A stretch of DNA of 32,000 bases. It comes from Candidatus Saccharimonadota bacterium. GTDB lineage: Bacteria > Patescibacteriota > Gracilibacteria > BD1-5 > UBA2023. This document shows, piece by piece, positions 31,121 to 32,000 of this stretch (position 1 is the stretch's first letter; every line of letters starts with the position of its first letter). Location: NCBI GenBank assembly GCA_042852035.1, contig BAAFHK010000001.1, positions 570,001 through 602,000 of the forward strand, read 5' to 3'. A program made the translations under genes and the position numbers. The notes under the pieces were generated by a model that saw nothing but the letters and a program-made list of their open reading frames with translations, had not been told where the DNA came from and did not search any database.

Positions 31121-32000
31121 CTATCTTCGGATTACAAATTCGATATTATCCAGATTTGAGGAAACCCGTGTGAGCCAAAATGGAGAGAATTTAATTTCCA
31201 CCTCATGAACACGACCCTCTGCTATGAGTCGATTAATAGCCTCCTTTTTGGGAAGTCAAGCAATCATGACTTGCATACGACGAGTAAGTTCATTGCTCGA
31301 GTTTTCGAGATCATAAGTAATAGTCGTATTCATCTCCATTGTGGCCTTAATATTCATGTCATTTTCATCACGAGTTATTATATTAGTAAGACGAAGACTT
31401 TCTTCGTGAATAGCAAGCTCTTTATCGGTTCCAAGAAGAAGTTTTTCTCGAAAAATTCCTGCAAGATAGTTTATTACAGCTTTTCGATCATAGATAAGTG
31501 CGTAAGCATTGATTGATCCTTTCAGTTCTACCTCATCTGCAGGATCTCCAATCTTTTCTCATGACGCAATCACTATCGTTTCACCCGTGAGAACAAGGGC
31601 CTCTCACATCAGAAGAGCATAATCCTCACTATTATTCTCATTCTCATTTTTTAGCCACTCATCTAGATTTGTTCGAGCAGTCCGCTTAAGTTGTTCACGA
31701 AGTATTGCCTTTCATTTTTCAATCTCTGGCTTAGTAATAATTCTAACTGCTGAATCAGCCCCTCAGAGAAAATTTTCTTTTGTCTTTGCATAAACCTTCT
31801 CACGATTGAACTTGAGTCCCGGTATAGAAAGATATGTACCTGTAGGAATATTTCCACGTGATCCAACAATTCTTCAACCTTCATCAAGTTGCTCAGCCTT
31901 GACGTAAACTTCAACCGCACCAATCTCAGTCACTCCATTAACCTGACGAGCTGCAGGAACATTAATCCACTCATCTGTTTTAAATACAATGCCTTCTTCA
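31121..32000 (-). CDS. Hypothetical protein, C-terminal 293 codons (5' end outside window)
   Basis: This frame has no TAA/TAG from 32000 down to TAG at 31121-31123 (checked line by line) but several TGAs. It reads ...VEVYVKAEQLDEGGRIVGSRGNIPTGTYLSIPGLKFNREKVYAKTKENFLGGADSAVRIITKPEIEKGKAILREQL...KFSPFWLTRVSSNLDNIEFVIRR. The listed track ORF 31663..31923 is in a different frame. Confidence 0.55.

Noticed and set aside
31663-31923. 86-aa minus-strand ORF
   Set aside because: It is in a different frame from the 293-codon TAA/TAG-free frame that spans 31121..32000 and reads as a coherent protein under table 25.
1-32000. TGA = tryptophan (table 4, Mycoplasma/Spiroplasma-type) as the explanation for the fragmented ORFs
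   Set aside because: The in-frame TGAs sit on invariant glycines (Walker A GSGKT/GKS, ClpP SPGG, kinase DxGxG and GxGLGL, sigma QEGNxGL, TyrS GG.DQ), not on conserved tryptophans. Ordinary TGG still encodes the expected Trp, for example ATWWIRQ in RpoD.

Overview
AT-rich, very gene-dense bacterial chromosomal window that only makes sense if TGA is read as glycine (translation table 25, known from Candidatus Gracilibacteria/BD1-5 and Absconditabacteria/SR1 in the CPR/Patescibacteria). Under the standard code every housekeeping gene is shattered. dnaE appears as seven in-frame ORF-track pieces, and rpoD, dnaG, ftsK, tyrS, clpP, ychF, map and a DEAD-box helicase are also fragmented. The fragments share one frame, are separated only by TGA, and the TGAs fall on invariant glycines of textbook motifs. 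Retranslating by hand gave 30 CDS. All 28 3' ends I could place are TAA (21) or TAG (7), never TGA. Gene order: beta-helix surface protein (partial), hypothetical, membrane protein, lspA, cutA, mazG-like, tyrS, three secreted unknowns, clpP, DEAD-box helicase, dnaE and a dehydrogenase-like gene, all on the minus strand. Then on the plus strand: 7TM histidine kinase, tandem-receiver regulator, disordered/coiled-coil protein, small membrane protein and ychF. Then a roughly 450 bp structured non-coding spacer, a membrane protein (-), ftsK (+), a minus-strand trio (unknown, HTH-like, AlkB-like 2OG oxygenase), map (+), a decayed nuclease-like pseudogene, a YkgJ-type Cys-rich protein (-), the dnaG-rpoD operon (-) and a partial unknown (-). 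I saw no rRNA, tRNA, CRISPR array or transposase. All family assignments are by-eye motif recognition, not database searches.
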